DNA of 36,633 nt, from positions 1 through 36,633 of the IMG/VR virus record IMGVR_UViG_3300042897_000083. One strand, written 5' to 3'. This DNA comes from a virus. Its lineage: Duplodnaviria > Caudoviricetes. Under the pieces are notes generated by a model. That model was not told where the DNA came from and did not search any database. It saw only the letters and a list, made by a program, of their open reading frames with translations. Position 1 is the first letter of the stretch; every line of letters begins with the position of its first letter. Shown here piece by piece: positions 9,710 through 17,691 of the stretch. The position numbers and the translations under genes were made by a program.

Positions 9710-10369
9710 ATGTCAAATTCGTATTTCACGGCAACCGGCGCACCGTCCACCAGTTCGTCGCTTGCCTCAACGACAATCAGGACTGAGCTTGCTTTAGTAG
9801 ACGCTGGCTTTACGCTGGTCGAAACGGCGATGAACCTGAAGGCTCCGTTAATCAGCCCGGCACTGGTTACGCCTAATCTAGGGACTCCTTCGGCTGGAGT
9901 TGTCACCAACCTTACAGGTACGGCGGCAGGGGTGAGCATAGGCGGCAATGCTGCTACTGTCACGACTAACGCCAATTTAACAGGACACATAACATCATCC
10001 GGGAATGCTGCCGTTTTGGGTAGTTTTACGTTGGCTCAATTAAATACGGCGATCAGTGACGCGAATCTTTCGGAGGTGACGGCGGCAGCATGGTCAATCA
10101 AAACCACAACCTATACCGCAGTCGCTGGCGATTACTTGATGGCCGATACCACAAGCGCGGCATTCACGATCACTCTTCCAGTAACTCCGTCAGCGAATCA
10201 TGTAGTAAACATCTGCGATTATGCTGGAACATATGCAACCAACAATCTGACCATAGGTCGTAACTCGTCAAAAATAATGAGCCTCTCTGAGGACATGGTT
10301 ATCAGCACGAACAACACGAGTATCACATTAACTTATATCGACAGTACAGTGGGGTGGAAAATAACATGA
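9710..10369 (+). CDS. Tail fibre protein, proximal part
   Basis: Anchor-like N-terminus (TIRTELALVDAGF), SPALVTP linker, C-terminal ADTTSAAFTITLP...NNLTIGRN...YIDSTVGW domain. Confidence 0.8.
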   Translation: MSNSYFTATGAPSTSSSLASTTIRTELALVDAGFTLVETAMNLKAPLISPALVTPNLGTPSAGVVTNLTGTAAGVSIGGNAATVTTNANLTGHITSSGNAAVLGSFTLAQLNTAISDANLSEVTAAAWSIKTTTYTAVAGDYLMADTTSAAFTITLPVTPSANHVVNICDYAGTYATNNLTIGRNSSKIMSLSEDMVISTNNTSITLTYIDSTVGWKIT

Positions 10370-11442
10370 GCAACCTAAGTCAATTCATAGGCGGGGCTGG
10401 CGTAAGAAGTCCGGCTATATTCTTTCCTTCGTCGACTACTTATACGATACCTGTAAGCGGGACTTACAGACTGTCTGTGTTGGGTGCGGGGGGTAGTGGT
10501 GGTGCTGCTTCAAATAATGGCGGGAACAGAGGCGGTTCGGCAGGTGGAGGGGGTGGAGGTTTCGCAGAGACGGAGGCTTACCTACAAAAAAATACTGTAT
10601 TAACCGTTACGGTTGGCGCTGGTGGGGTAGGCGTTTTAGCCACGTCACCCGCAGCAACTTCTGGAAATACAGGCGGAACAACGTCGATTAGCGGAACTGG
10701 AATAACTACTATATCTGCAACTAGTGGAGCTGGTGGAGCTGCAACAATAGTGATAACAACAGTAGCTGGTGGTGCTGGGGGTACAGGGTCTGGGGGAACT
10801 ACCGTAAATGCGACAGGGGGTGCTGGCGGGAGTGTAACCACCGCAGCAAGCTGTGGGTATAACTATGGCGGGGGTGGGGCATCTGGTTCACCTTATGGGA
10901 CTGGTGGTGCTGGTGGTGCGGTCACTTGCACAGGGTTAACGACTGGCAGTGGCGGTGGAGGTGGAGGTGCAGTCGGTGGGTATAATGGCGGGGCAGCTTC
11001 AGGTACAGGTGCAGGTACGGCCATTTATGCCGGAGGAGCAGGCACAGGCGGTAACGGCGGTGATATGGCTACTGCAGGCACTGGAACGGGAGGAGTAAAT
11101 AGGTTGAATCGCTCCTCTGTAGCTGGCGCTGATGGCGTTGTTAGAAATTTAACAACGCAAGCTGCTGGCGGGCTGGAGATCGGATTTGAGTCGTTAAATG
11201 ACCCATTCCGATCTATGTCGGGTGGGTGCGGCGCAACCAGAGCTATTGGTGGATGTGGGGCAGGCGCATCTGCAGGCCCGGGGGCTATGAACGGCGGTAT
11301 ATGTGGCGGGACAGGTGGGTCTACTAGTGGGGCTGGCACGCCAACCTGTGGTGGCGGGAGTGGTGGAACATCCAATTCTAGCACTAGTTGTACTAGCTCA
11401 GCGGGTGGTCCCGGCCTCGTAGTAATCGAAAGGATAGGCTAA
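10366..11442 (+). CDS. Glycine-rich tail fibre / receptor-binding protein
   Basis: Start MSNLSQFIGG in ATGA overlap; GAGGSGG...GGGGGGF and terminal GGPGLVVIE motifs; polyglycine-II-like content. Confidence 0.8.
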   Translation: MSNLSQFIGGAGVRSPAIFFPSSTTYTIPVSGTYRLSVLGAGGSGGAASNNGGNRGGSAGGGGGGFAETEAYLQKNTVLTVTVGAGGVGVLATSPAATSGNTGGTTSISGTGITTISATSGAGGAATIVITTVAGGAGGTGSGGTTVNATGGAGGSVTTAASCGYNYGGGGASGSPYGTGGAGGAVTCTGLTTGSGGGGGGAVGGYNGGAASGTGAGTAIYAGGAGTGGNGGDMATAGTGTGGVNRLNRSSVAGADGVVRNLTTQAAGGLEIGFESLNDPFRSMSGGCGATRAIGGCGAGASAGPGAMNGGICGGTGGSTSGAGTPTCGGGSGGTSNSSTSCTSSAGGPGLVVIERIG

Positions 11443-11774
11443 TGCGATATAAATTAAAAGATGGTAATGTGATACTGGCTGACGCTGACTTTATAGCAGC
11501 GCATCATCCTGACGCAGAGTTATTAGAGGATGTTGTAGAGCCTGAAATCAAACAACCAATATCAGTCCTCGACTTCCGCAACCGATTTACCCAAGCCGAA
11601 AAGATAGCGATTTACACGGCGGCGAAACAGGTTGTCGCAATTCAGGTCTGGATTGATGATCTGGCTTCGGCAAAAGATGTCAACGTGACTCATACCCAAA
11701 CAATCGAAGGCATTAACGCGCTTGAAGCGGCTGGATTGATAGGCGTAGGACGTGCGGCAGAGATACTAAAATAA
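11442..11774 (+). CDS. Tail fibre assembly/associated protein
   Basis: ISVLDFRNRFTQAE...LEAAGLIGVGRAAEIL motif after the fibre genes. Confidence 0.7.
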   Translation: MRYKLKDGNVILADADFIAAHHPDAELLEDVVEPEIKQPISVLDFRNRFTQAEKIAIYTAAKQVVAIQVWIDDLASAKDVNVTHTQTIEGINALEAAGLIGVGRAAEILK

Positions 11775-11784
11775 AGGAGAAATC

Positions 11785-12045
11785 ATGCTATCAACATTGG
11801 AATGGAACACAGAATTTAAACGGCTGAACGGGATACCGCCAAGCAAGATGAATTTGGGCGCAGCATCCACTAGAGAGTATTTTATGGCTATCAGCAGGAA
11901 CGGCGGGTACAAGATGCCCGTGGAGCCTTCTGCAACTCCAGTGGTAACGCCGCCTGTCCCTGCACCCACGATCCCGCAAAACGCAACAGCGAAGCAGTTA
12001 ATCAAGACAATCATGGATGCAGCAGCGGCACTGGATAAGCTGTAA
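11785..12045 (+). CDS. 86-aa paralog of the N-terminus of the next gene
   Basis: AAGGAG RBS; WNxEFxRLNGIP...Y...I..NGGYKxP shared with the 12125 ORF. Confidence 0.75.
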   Translation: MLSTLEWNTEFKRLNGIPPSKMNLGAASTREYFMAISRNGGYKMPVEPSATPVVTPPVPAPTIPQNATAKQLIKTIMDAAAALDKL

Positions 12046-12082
12046 TCAGTTATCTGGGATTATTAGATAACTCAATGACACC

Positions 12083-12102
12083 AGCCCTTCGGGGCTTTTT
12101 TT
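12083..12102 (+). terminator. Intrinsic terminator (cUUCGg loop)
   Basis: AGCCC-TTCG-GGGCT-TTTTTT. Confidence 0.8.
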
Positions 12103-12124
12103 ACGCATAAGCAAAGGTGAGAGA

Positions 12125-13816
12125 ATGACCGCCACTACTGATTGGAATAACGAATTCATGCGGCTTAATGGCATTCCTGCCACCAGAATGACCAACAATG
12201 AGAACATGACCTCGTATTATCAATCAATAGCCAAGAATGGCGGGTACAAACTACCCGGCACAACGGGAAGCACGACACCGCCGGTAACAGGTGCGCCACA
12301 GGGGTTAATGACCCAAACACAAACACAACCAGTCGGCACGGGTGCAGGCGGAACCTATACCTTCGACGATCAGGCACGAGACAGGTACGGAGTCGCGCCT
12401 GGAAGCGGCACAGTCAATACAGTACAGCCAACTCAACCAGCAAACCGTTACACACCGCAAACACCCGCGCAGCAACAGGACTTCCAGAAGGGTATGGGCG
12501 TTAATATCGTTAATGGGCAATACACATTTGACGCTGCACCGCCACCTACACAAGGAGGAGGATTTCCGCCAATTCCAGTTGGCGGAGGAACGGGCAATAC
12601 AGGTGGGAATACAGGCGGCGGCAACACGGGCGGAACAGTAGGCGGCAACACCGGGAACACTGGCGGCCTAATGACCCAAACAAACACAGTCGCCCCTGTT
12701 GGCGGAACGGTAGGCTATACCGCTAATCAACTTGGAGATCCGACCAAATGGAACGTTGACGACAATCAAACCGTAGCCGGGCAAGTGCGGAACCTGATTA
12801 ACGAGAACAATCCGCTGCAACAACAAGCCGCAACACGCGCTAAACAGGCGATGAACCAGAACGGTATGCTGAATACCACCATGGCTACACAAGCAGGCCA
12901 CGCTGCTATGTACGATGCCGCACTGCCAATTGCACAAGCAGACGCAGCCACATACGGCAGGTCAGCCGCTTATAACGCCGATACAAGCAACCAGTTCGCA
13001 GGTAAGAACCTGGATGCGTCCAACATGGCATTGAATACCACCGCAGGGATGGTCGCCAATACCGCACGAGATACCGCACAGACGATTGCACAAGCTAACC
13101 TGACCGACAAAACGGCTGGTTATAACGCAGCAACAGCGGCGAAACTTGCAGAAACAAATAAAGCCGCAGCCTACGAGAAGTCTCTGGTAGATATTAAAAC
13201 AGTCGCAGCCGGGGCACTCAACGATCAAGATTTGGTCACACTCAAAGCCAACCTAACCAAGGCAAACATGGGGCAAGAGCAAAGCATTGTTACCGCGCAA
13301 AATCTGACGACCACAATCAATGCAATCGCCAATAACAAAGATTATGACGGGCCAACAAAAGAAGCAATGATACGAGAGGCAATTGGACAGGCTAACACTA
13401 ATCTTGCATTGATCGCACAGGCAACAGGATTGACTGGAACATTGCTGCAATTCAGCACAGAGGGCGCACGGCAATTGCCGAATGCAACCAATGCTGACGG
13501 TACGCCTACCAACGGGTATTCACGCATAGCAGGGAAGAATGGCAATGAAGCACCGACCAGCGCGAACTTTGACGCAGGCGTTTATTTCATGACTTACCCT
13601 GATGTTAAAGAGTTTTACGCAAACAAACCCGGAGGGGCAAGCGATGCAGCCGCATGGGAACACTACGTGAAGTATGGCTACAGAGAGGGGCGTGACGCTT
13701 ATTTGAAACCAACGGGTGGCGGCGGTGGAACTGGTGGGGTTGGCGGTGGGTCGACCGGCCCCGGTGGAGCGGGTGGGGGGGGTTCCATCCTTGGTAGGGT
13801 TGGCTTGGGATACTAG
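12125..13816 (+). CDS. Putative ejection/internal virion protein
   Basis: Low-complexity G/T/Q, Ala/Gln-rich helical core QTVAGQV...MNQNGMLNTTMA...ALPIAQADA, position after the tail genes. Confidence 0.7.
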   Translation: MTATTDWNNEFMRLNGIPATRMTNNENMTSYYQSIAKNGGYKLPGTTGSTTPPVTGAPQGLMTQTQTQPVGTGAGGTYTFDDQARDRYGVAPGSGTVNTVQPTQPANRYTPQTPAQQQDFQKGMGVNIVNGQYTFDAAPPPTQGGGFPPIPVGGGTGNTGGNTGGGNTGGTVGGNTGNTGGLMTQTNTVAPVGGTVGYTANQLGDPTKWNVDDNQTVAGQVRNLINENNPLQQQAATRAKQAMNQNGMLNTTMATQAGHAAMYDAALPIAQADAATYGRSAAYNADTSNQFAGKNLDASNMALNTTAGMVANTARDTAQTIAQANLTDKTAGYNAATAAKLAETNKAAAYEKSLVDIKTVAAGALNDQDLVTLKANLTKANMGQEQSIVTAQNLTTTINAIANNKDYDGPTKEAMIREAIGQANTNLALIAQATGLTGTLLQFSTEGARQLPNATNADGTPTNGYSRIAGKNGNEAPTSANFDAGVYFMTYPDVKEFYANKPGGASDAAAWEHYVKYGYREGRDAYLKPTGGGGGTGGVGGGSTGPGGAGGGGSILGRVGLGY

Positions 13817-13818
13817 AA

Positions 13819-14232
13819 TTGCAGTTCGTGCAAATGCGCCCCCATCTATTAAAACTCCTGCACCGTAACAGCGTGCCAAACATGGACTTGGAACAATTCG
13901 CCATCAATTTAGGCGAGTGGGAGTTAATCCCGATCATGGTCAATTTAGAGATAGCCGGAACGCTGGCCGAGAAAGATGGAGAAATCCACATGGCAATTGA
14001 ACCAGAATACAGAAAGAAATCAACATACTGGCGCACAGGATTAAAGATGTTGATTAAGCCGCTTATAGATAAGTATGGATTCGTCACCACTAAAGTCGAT
14101 AGCGACGACCATGCGGCACACAAGTTTGTTCGTAAACTAGGCTTCAAGGAGTATTGCAGTCTTGGAAATGTCGCTATCTACGTAATGTCACAAATAAAAC
14201 ACGGGAGTAAAGTATGCCAGCAGCAGTTATAG
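13819..14232 (+). CDS. GNAT-fold acetyltransferase-like protein (T7 gp13-like position); true start uncertain
   Basis: EIHMAIEPEYRKK and AHKFVRKLGFKE motifs. Confidence 0.7.
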   Translation: MQFVQMRPHLLKLLHRNSVPNMDLEQFAINLGEWELIPIMVNLEIAGTLAEKDGEIHMAIEPEYRKKSTYWRTGLKMLIKPLIDKYGFVTTKVDSDDHAAHKFVRKLGFKEYCSLGNVAIYVMSQIKHGSKVCQQQL

Positions 14233-15107
14233 GGTTAGCACTTGTCGCAGCGGAAGCAATCACAGTTACCACTTTGAGCTATATCGCTCTAGGTGTAACG
14301 GTCGCCGGGATGGTTACAGGTAACAAGACGCTTACTAAAATTGGCGGTCAGCTTGGACTTGCGGCAGGTGTGGCGGGGATTGCGACATCGTTTATGAGTG
14401 GCGCACCTTCGATGTTGGATGCAATAAAGGGCGCTGTTGGCATTGGGGGGCAGGTGGGCAACCAAACCGAAAGCATGACCGCTGCACAACAAGATGCGGC
14501 TACCAATTACGGGATGGATGGTCAGGCTGGCGCAACTGATGCGACTAATGCAGCAGGCAATCAGACAACATTACACGAAACCCCCAAAGCACAATTCTCA
14601 ACCGAGAATCTTGATACGCGCGAAGGAGTTGAAGCGTATCGAGACAGAGCTAATGCAGCGGCTGTGGAAGCCGATAAAGCCAATACAACACCGCTTGGCA
14701 GTGCGAGTGGCGCAGGTTCGGGGGCATACAATAAAGTAACTCAAACTGACATTTTGGGCACTCAAGGCACTGACGTTGGTATTTTAAAGACGGCCAACGA
14801 CCCTAATACACAAGCATTTCATAATCGGGACAATGATTATCTAAACAACGACACTCGCGGACAAGAAGCGGAAGCCGGAGGATTCTATGGATTCCTAAAG
14901 AACATGGGAGGCAAAATCAGTAACGCCTCGGACAGCAACAAATACCTGATGGCAGAAGGCGGCAAGATCATCGCTGGCGGAATACAGGGTATGTCAACTA
15001 CCAGTAACGCCAATGCACGGATGGCGGAGGAAAGGCGCATGGACGATATCAAACGAGCCAATGCAAAACAGGTAGCACGTTCCAGTTATGGATTGATGAG
15101 GGGTTAA
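14214..15107 (+). CDS. Putative ejection protein with N-terminal hydrophobic helices (T7 gp14 / P22 gp7-like role)
   Basis: Gly/Ala-rich hydrophobic N-terminus, follows the GNAT-like gene. Confidence 0.7.
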   Translation: MPAAVIGLALVAAEAITVTTLSYIALGVTVAGMVTGNKTLTKIGGQLGLAAGVAGIATSFMSGAPSMLDAIKGAVGIGGQVGNQTESMTAAQQDAATNYGMDGQAGATDATNAAGNQTTLHETPKAQFSTENLDTREGVEAYRDRANAAAVEADKANTTPLGSASGAGSGAYNKVTQTDILGTQGTDVGILKTANDPNTQAFHNRDNDYLNNDTRGQEAEAGGFYGFLKNMGGKISNASDSNKYLMAEGGKIIAGGIQGMSTTSNANARMAEERRMDDIKRANAKQVARSSYGLMRG

Positions 15108-15109
15108 TA

Positions 15110-15544
15110 GTGGCGATTACAGGACTAATGACACAACCGCCACCTGTTCAACAGCCATCTTATTTTGATAGAAATGCAGCGTGGGCAAAAAAACAAGAGT
15201 CATATCAAACACCACTCTCTGATGAAAACGAAAGAAGATTTAACAATTGGGTAGCTTTAAATAAGGGCAGGTTAGGCGAGTACGACCCAGCAAATGCGCA
15301 AGGAGATTACGACATGCGCGGCTGGTGGCTTGAAAATAATGGCTCCGATGCGCCTGATGGTCATTTTGCAGACACGCATAAAACACCATATCACGAGACA
15401 TTCAGCAATGAATCCAAGTATGCCACTGAAACCGCGCCTAAATGGGTGCAAAGTGGTAGCGCATGGATGCTGATTGACAGGGGGGGCAATATTCTGAAAA
15501 AAGAAGAAGGCCAGCCAGAGGAACAGCCTCAACCAGAAAACTAA
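15110..15544 (+). CDS. Phage domain of unknown function (DYDMRGWW...GHFADTHKTPYHETFSNESKY)
   Basis: GTG start with GAGGG RBS; motif recalled from phage virion-associated proteins. Confidence 0.7.
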   Translation: MAITGLMTQPPPVQQPSYFDRNAAWAKKQESYQTPLSDENERRFNNWVALNKGRLGEYDPANAQGDYDMRGWWLENNGSDAPDGHFADTHKTPYHETFSNESKYATETAPKWVQSGSAWMLIDRGGNILKKEEGQPEEQPQPEN

Positions 15545-15597
15545 AAGGTACAGTAAACACGTTCACCGTACCTTAAACAAATTCAAGCAATTCAACC

Positions 15598-15618
15598 AAC
15601 CACCTTCGGGTGGTTTTT
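15598..15618 (+). terminator. Intrinsic terminator (cUUCGg loop)
   Basis: AACCACC-TTCG-GGTGGTT-TTT. Confidence 0.8.
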
Positions 15619-15641
15619 CTTTGTCCTAAAAAAGGCCACCA

Positions 15642-16136
15642 ATGAATCCAGCACTACAAAAATACGAAGCAGGCATTGAAGAAAACATCAAGCCAGAAGA
15701 CAGGGACGCTTACGACCGTATTGTGACCGCCGGGCTAAAAGTTATCGCCAGTGATGAGTTCCACCAGCAAATGCTGGACACTCTTTCCGTGAAGGGTGAG
15801 GAACTTCCTGATAAAATAGCAGATGGAGTAGGGCGGCTTATTTCACTGCTACACGTTAGCTCACAGGGTAAAATGCCAATCGGCGTAACCATTGCAGCAT
15901 CCTATACATTAATGGTCAAAGCGATGGACTTCGCAGAGCGTGCAATCGGCACGAAGATCACGAACGACATTATCGCGGATACCGCACTCAAGACAATCTC
16001 AGTAATCGCCCCGCTACTTGGTATCTCACAAGAGAAGCTAAGGGCAGCTATGCAAGGGCAATCGCCTACCGCACCCCCACAAGCCGCACCACCGACTCAA
16101 CCGCCACAACCAGCAGGTTTAATGGGAGGTATATAA
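15642..16136 (+). CDS. Hypothetical helical protein, ejection module
   Basis: AYDRIVTAGLKV motif, Pro/Gln tail. Confidence 0.7.
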   Translation: MNPALQKYEAGIEENIKPEDRDAYDRIVTAGLKVIASDEFHQQMLDTLSVKGEELPDKIADGVGRLISLLHVSSQGKMPIGVTIAASYTLMVKAMDFAERAIGTKITNDIIADTALKTISVIAPLLGISQEKLRAAMQGQSPTAPPQAAPPTQPPQPAGLMGGI

Positions 16137-16137
16137 C

Positions 16138-17691
16138 ATGGGATTCTCTGCATTAGCGGGACTTATGGGCGGCATGGCACACTCTGCCGAACAAGTGCTT
16201 GACCGTAACTTGACAAGACTTGATGCGGCAGGTGTGGCCAAGGAGAAAGAGGCGGCACAGATGCGGATTGAAGACCACATCAATTCGTTGAAGGCTGGGG
16301 ATGAGGTAAGACAAAGAAAGGCTGCGATTGAAGAAGAAGCTAGACAGCAATCTGATCCATACCTTGCTGCTAAATTTAGAACAGAGGGTCAGGTTATTAC
16401 TGGAAGCCCGAAATACGCTATAGAAAGGTCTGATAAAGAGATTACGCAAAAACGTGAGCAACAAGTTGCTGACTCAGGAGCGGACACAGGTAAGGGGCAT
16501 CTACTTTCTGGCCAAGCAGCAATGCTAACCGCAACCAATAAGACCGCAGGCGACAAGAAGCTTACACATGCGGAGAAAATGGCCGAATATAAGGCCGGAG
16601 AAAAAATTATAGATGTTGCTTTTAATGCCTCATATAACGCTTTTGGGATGGCTGACCCTAGCACTATTAAAGACAAGGCTGGACATGCTAAAGCTCTAGC
16701 CAACCTTCAGAGAAGTGTTTTTGGGGATGGGGGGTTGGGGGCAGAAATAGCTGAAAAAATAACATCCAAGGGATTGGAAAACCAGCAGGCCAACGAAGCC
16801 CGTAAAAATGCTTTCATTGAAGAGTTTAATAATAATGCCGGGTTCTTTACGGCTAAAAACAGCTACCCAAAAAATGATGACGGATCCCCAATTATTCCGC
16901 CTGACTGGAAACCTAAGGGAACCGCAACCCCAACCCCAGCCGACCACAAAGCAGCAGGTGGGGCGGCGAATATACCGCAAGCCTCGTTGAAAGGTGGCGA
17001 GGTAAAAGGAGGGTATGTATGGGATGCCAAACTTGGTAGGGCGGTTCCAGTTCAGCCAAAAGCAGATGCCACACCAAGCAAGCCCAAGAGCCTGATGGAG
17101 CAACAGCCAGTAACAAGCACACCAACTGCACCCGTGACAACAACAGCTACAGTGCCGCCGCCAATCAGTAAAGCCCAACCTAATCCACCGCCAACACCAG
17201 AAGTCAGGCCAGCCGGTATAAATGAAAGTGCGTCACCCGCAGCTAAAGAATGGGAGCATCAACAGCAGCAGAAGGCTATTGCTGATGAGGCTAGACGCAA
17301 GACCGAAGAAGCCAATCCGGTAGCGAAGCCAGTTGTTCAAAGTGGTGCGTCAAAATTGATGGGTGAATTCGCGGAAGGAAATGCTACGAGGGCGGCAGAA
17401 GCTAGAGCGAAAGCTAAGGCACAGGAAGCAGCCAAACCTGCCGATACAAAAACAATCAGCCCAAGCACTAAATTAGAGAATGAACTTATTGAGCTTAAAA
17501 AAACCAGTACCGCCGCTACGGACGCGGCAGTAGATAAGGCATACCAAAGACTTCTTAACTCCAATTTAGCCCAAGATGAATTAATGAGAAAGTTTGCAGC
17601 TTTTGCCGCATACCCTTCGTTTGTGAAAAGGCATCCTGACGCAATGGATATGTATTTAAAGTATTTAAGCAAGTCTAGGGGCAGCAAGTAA
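16138..17691 (+). CDS. Putative ejection/internal virion protein
   Basis: GGAGGT RBS, MGFSALAGLMGG start, coiled-coil plus Pro-rich region. Confidence 0.7.
   Translation: MGFSALAGLMGGMAHSAEQVLDRNLTRLDAAGVAKEKEAAQMRIEDHINSLKAGDEVRQRKAAIEEEARQQSDPYLAAKFRTEGQVITGSPKYAIERSDKEITQKREQQVADSGADTGKGHLLSGQAAMLTATNKTAGDKKLTHAEKMAEYKAGEKIIDVAFNASYNAFGMADPSTIKDKAGHAKALANLQRSVFGDGGLGAEIAEKITSKGLENQQANEARKNAFIEEFNNNAGFFTAKNSYPKNDDGSPIIPPDWKPKGTATPTPADHKAAGGAANIPQASLKGGEVKGGYVWDAKLGRAVPVQPKADATPSKPKSLMEQQPVTSTPTAPVTTTATVPPPISKAQPNPPPTPEVRPAGINESASPAAKEWEHQQQQKAIADEARRKTEEANPVAKPVVQSGASKLMGEFAEGNATRAAEARAKAKAQEAAKPADTKTISPSTKLENELIELKKTSTAATDAAVDKAYQRLLNSNLAQDELMRKFAAFAAYPSFVKRHPDAMDMYLKYLSKSRGSK

Noticed and set aside
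9710-11774. Diversity-generating retroelement or invertible tail-fibre cassette
   Set aside because: No reverse transcriptase, invertase, template/variable repeat pair or inverted fibre copy seen in the window.
13775-13782. G8 tract as a phase-variable fusion to the GNAT-like gene
   Set aside because: It encodes poly-Gly, and the downstream gene's frame has a TAG shortly after the tract, so slippage cannot fuse them.
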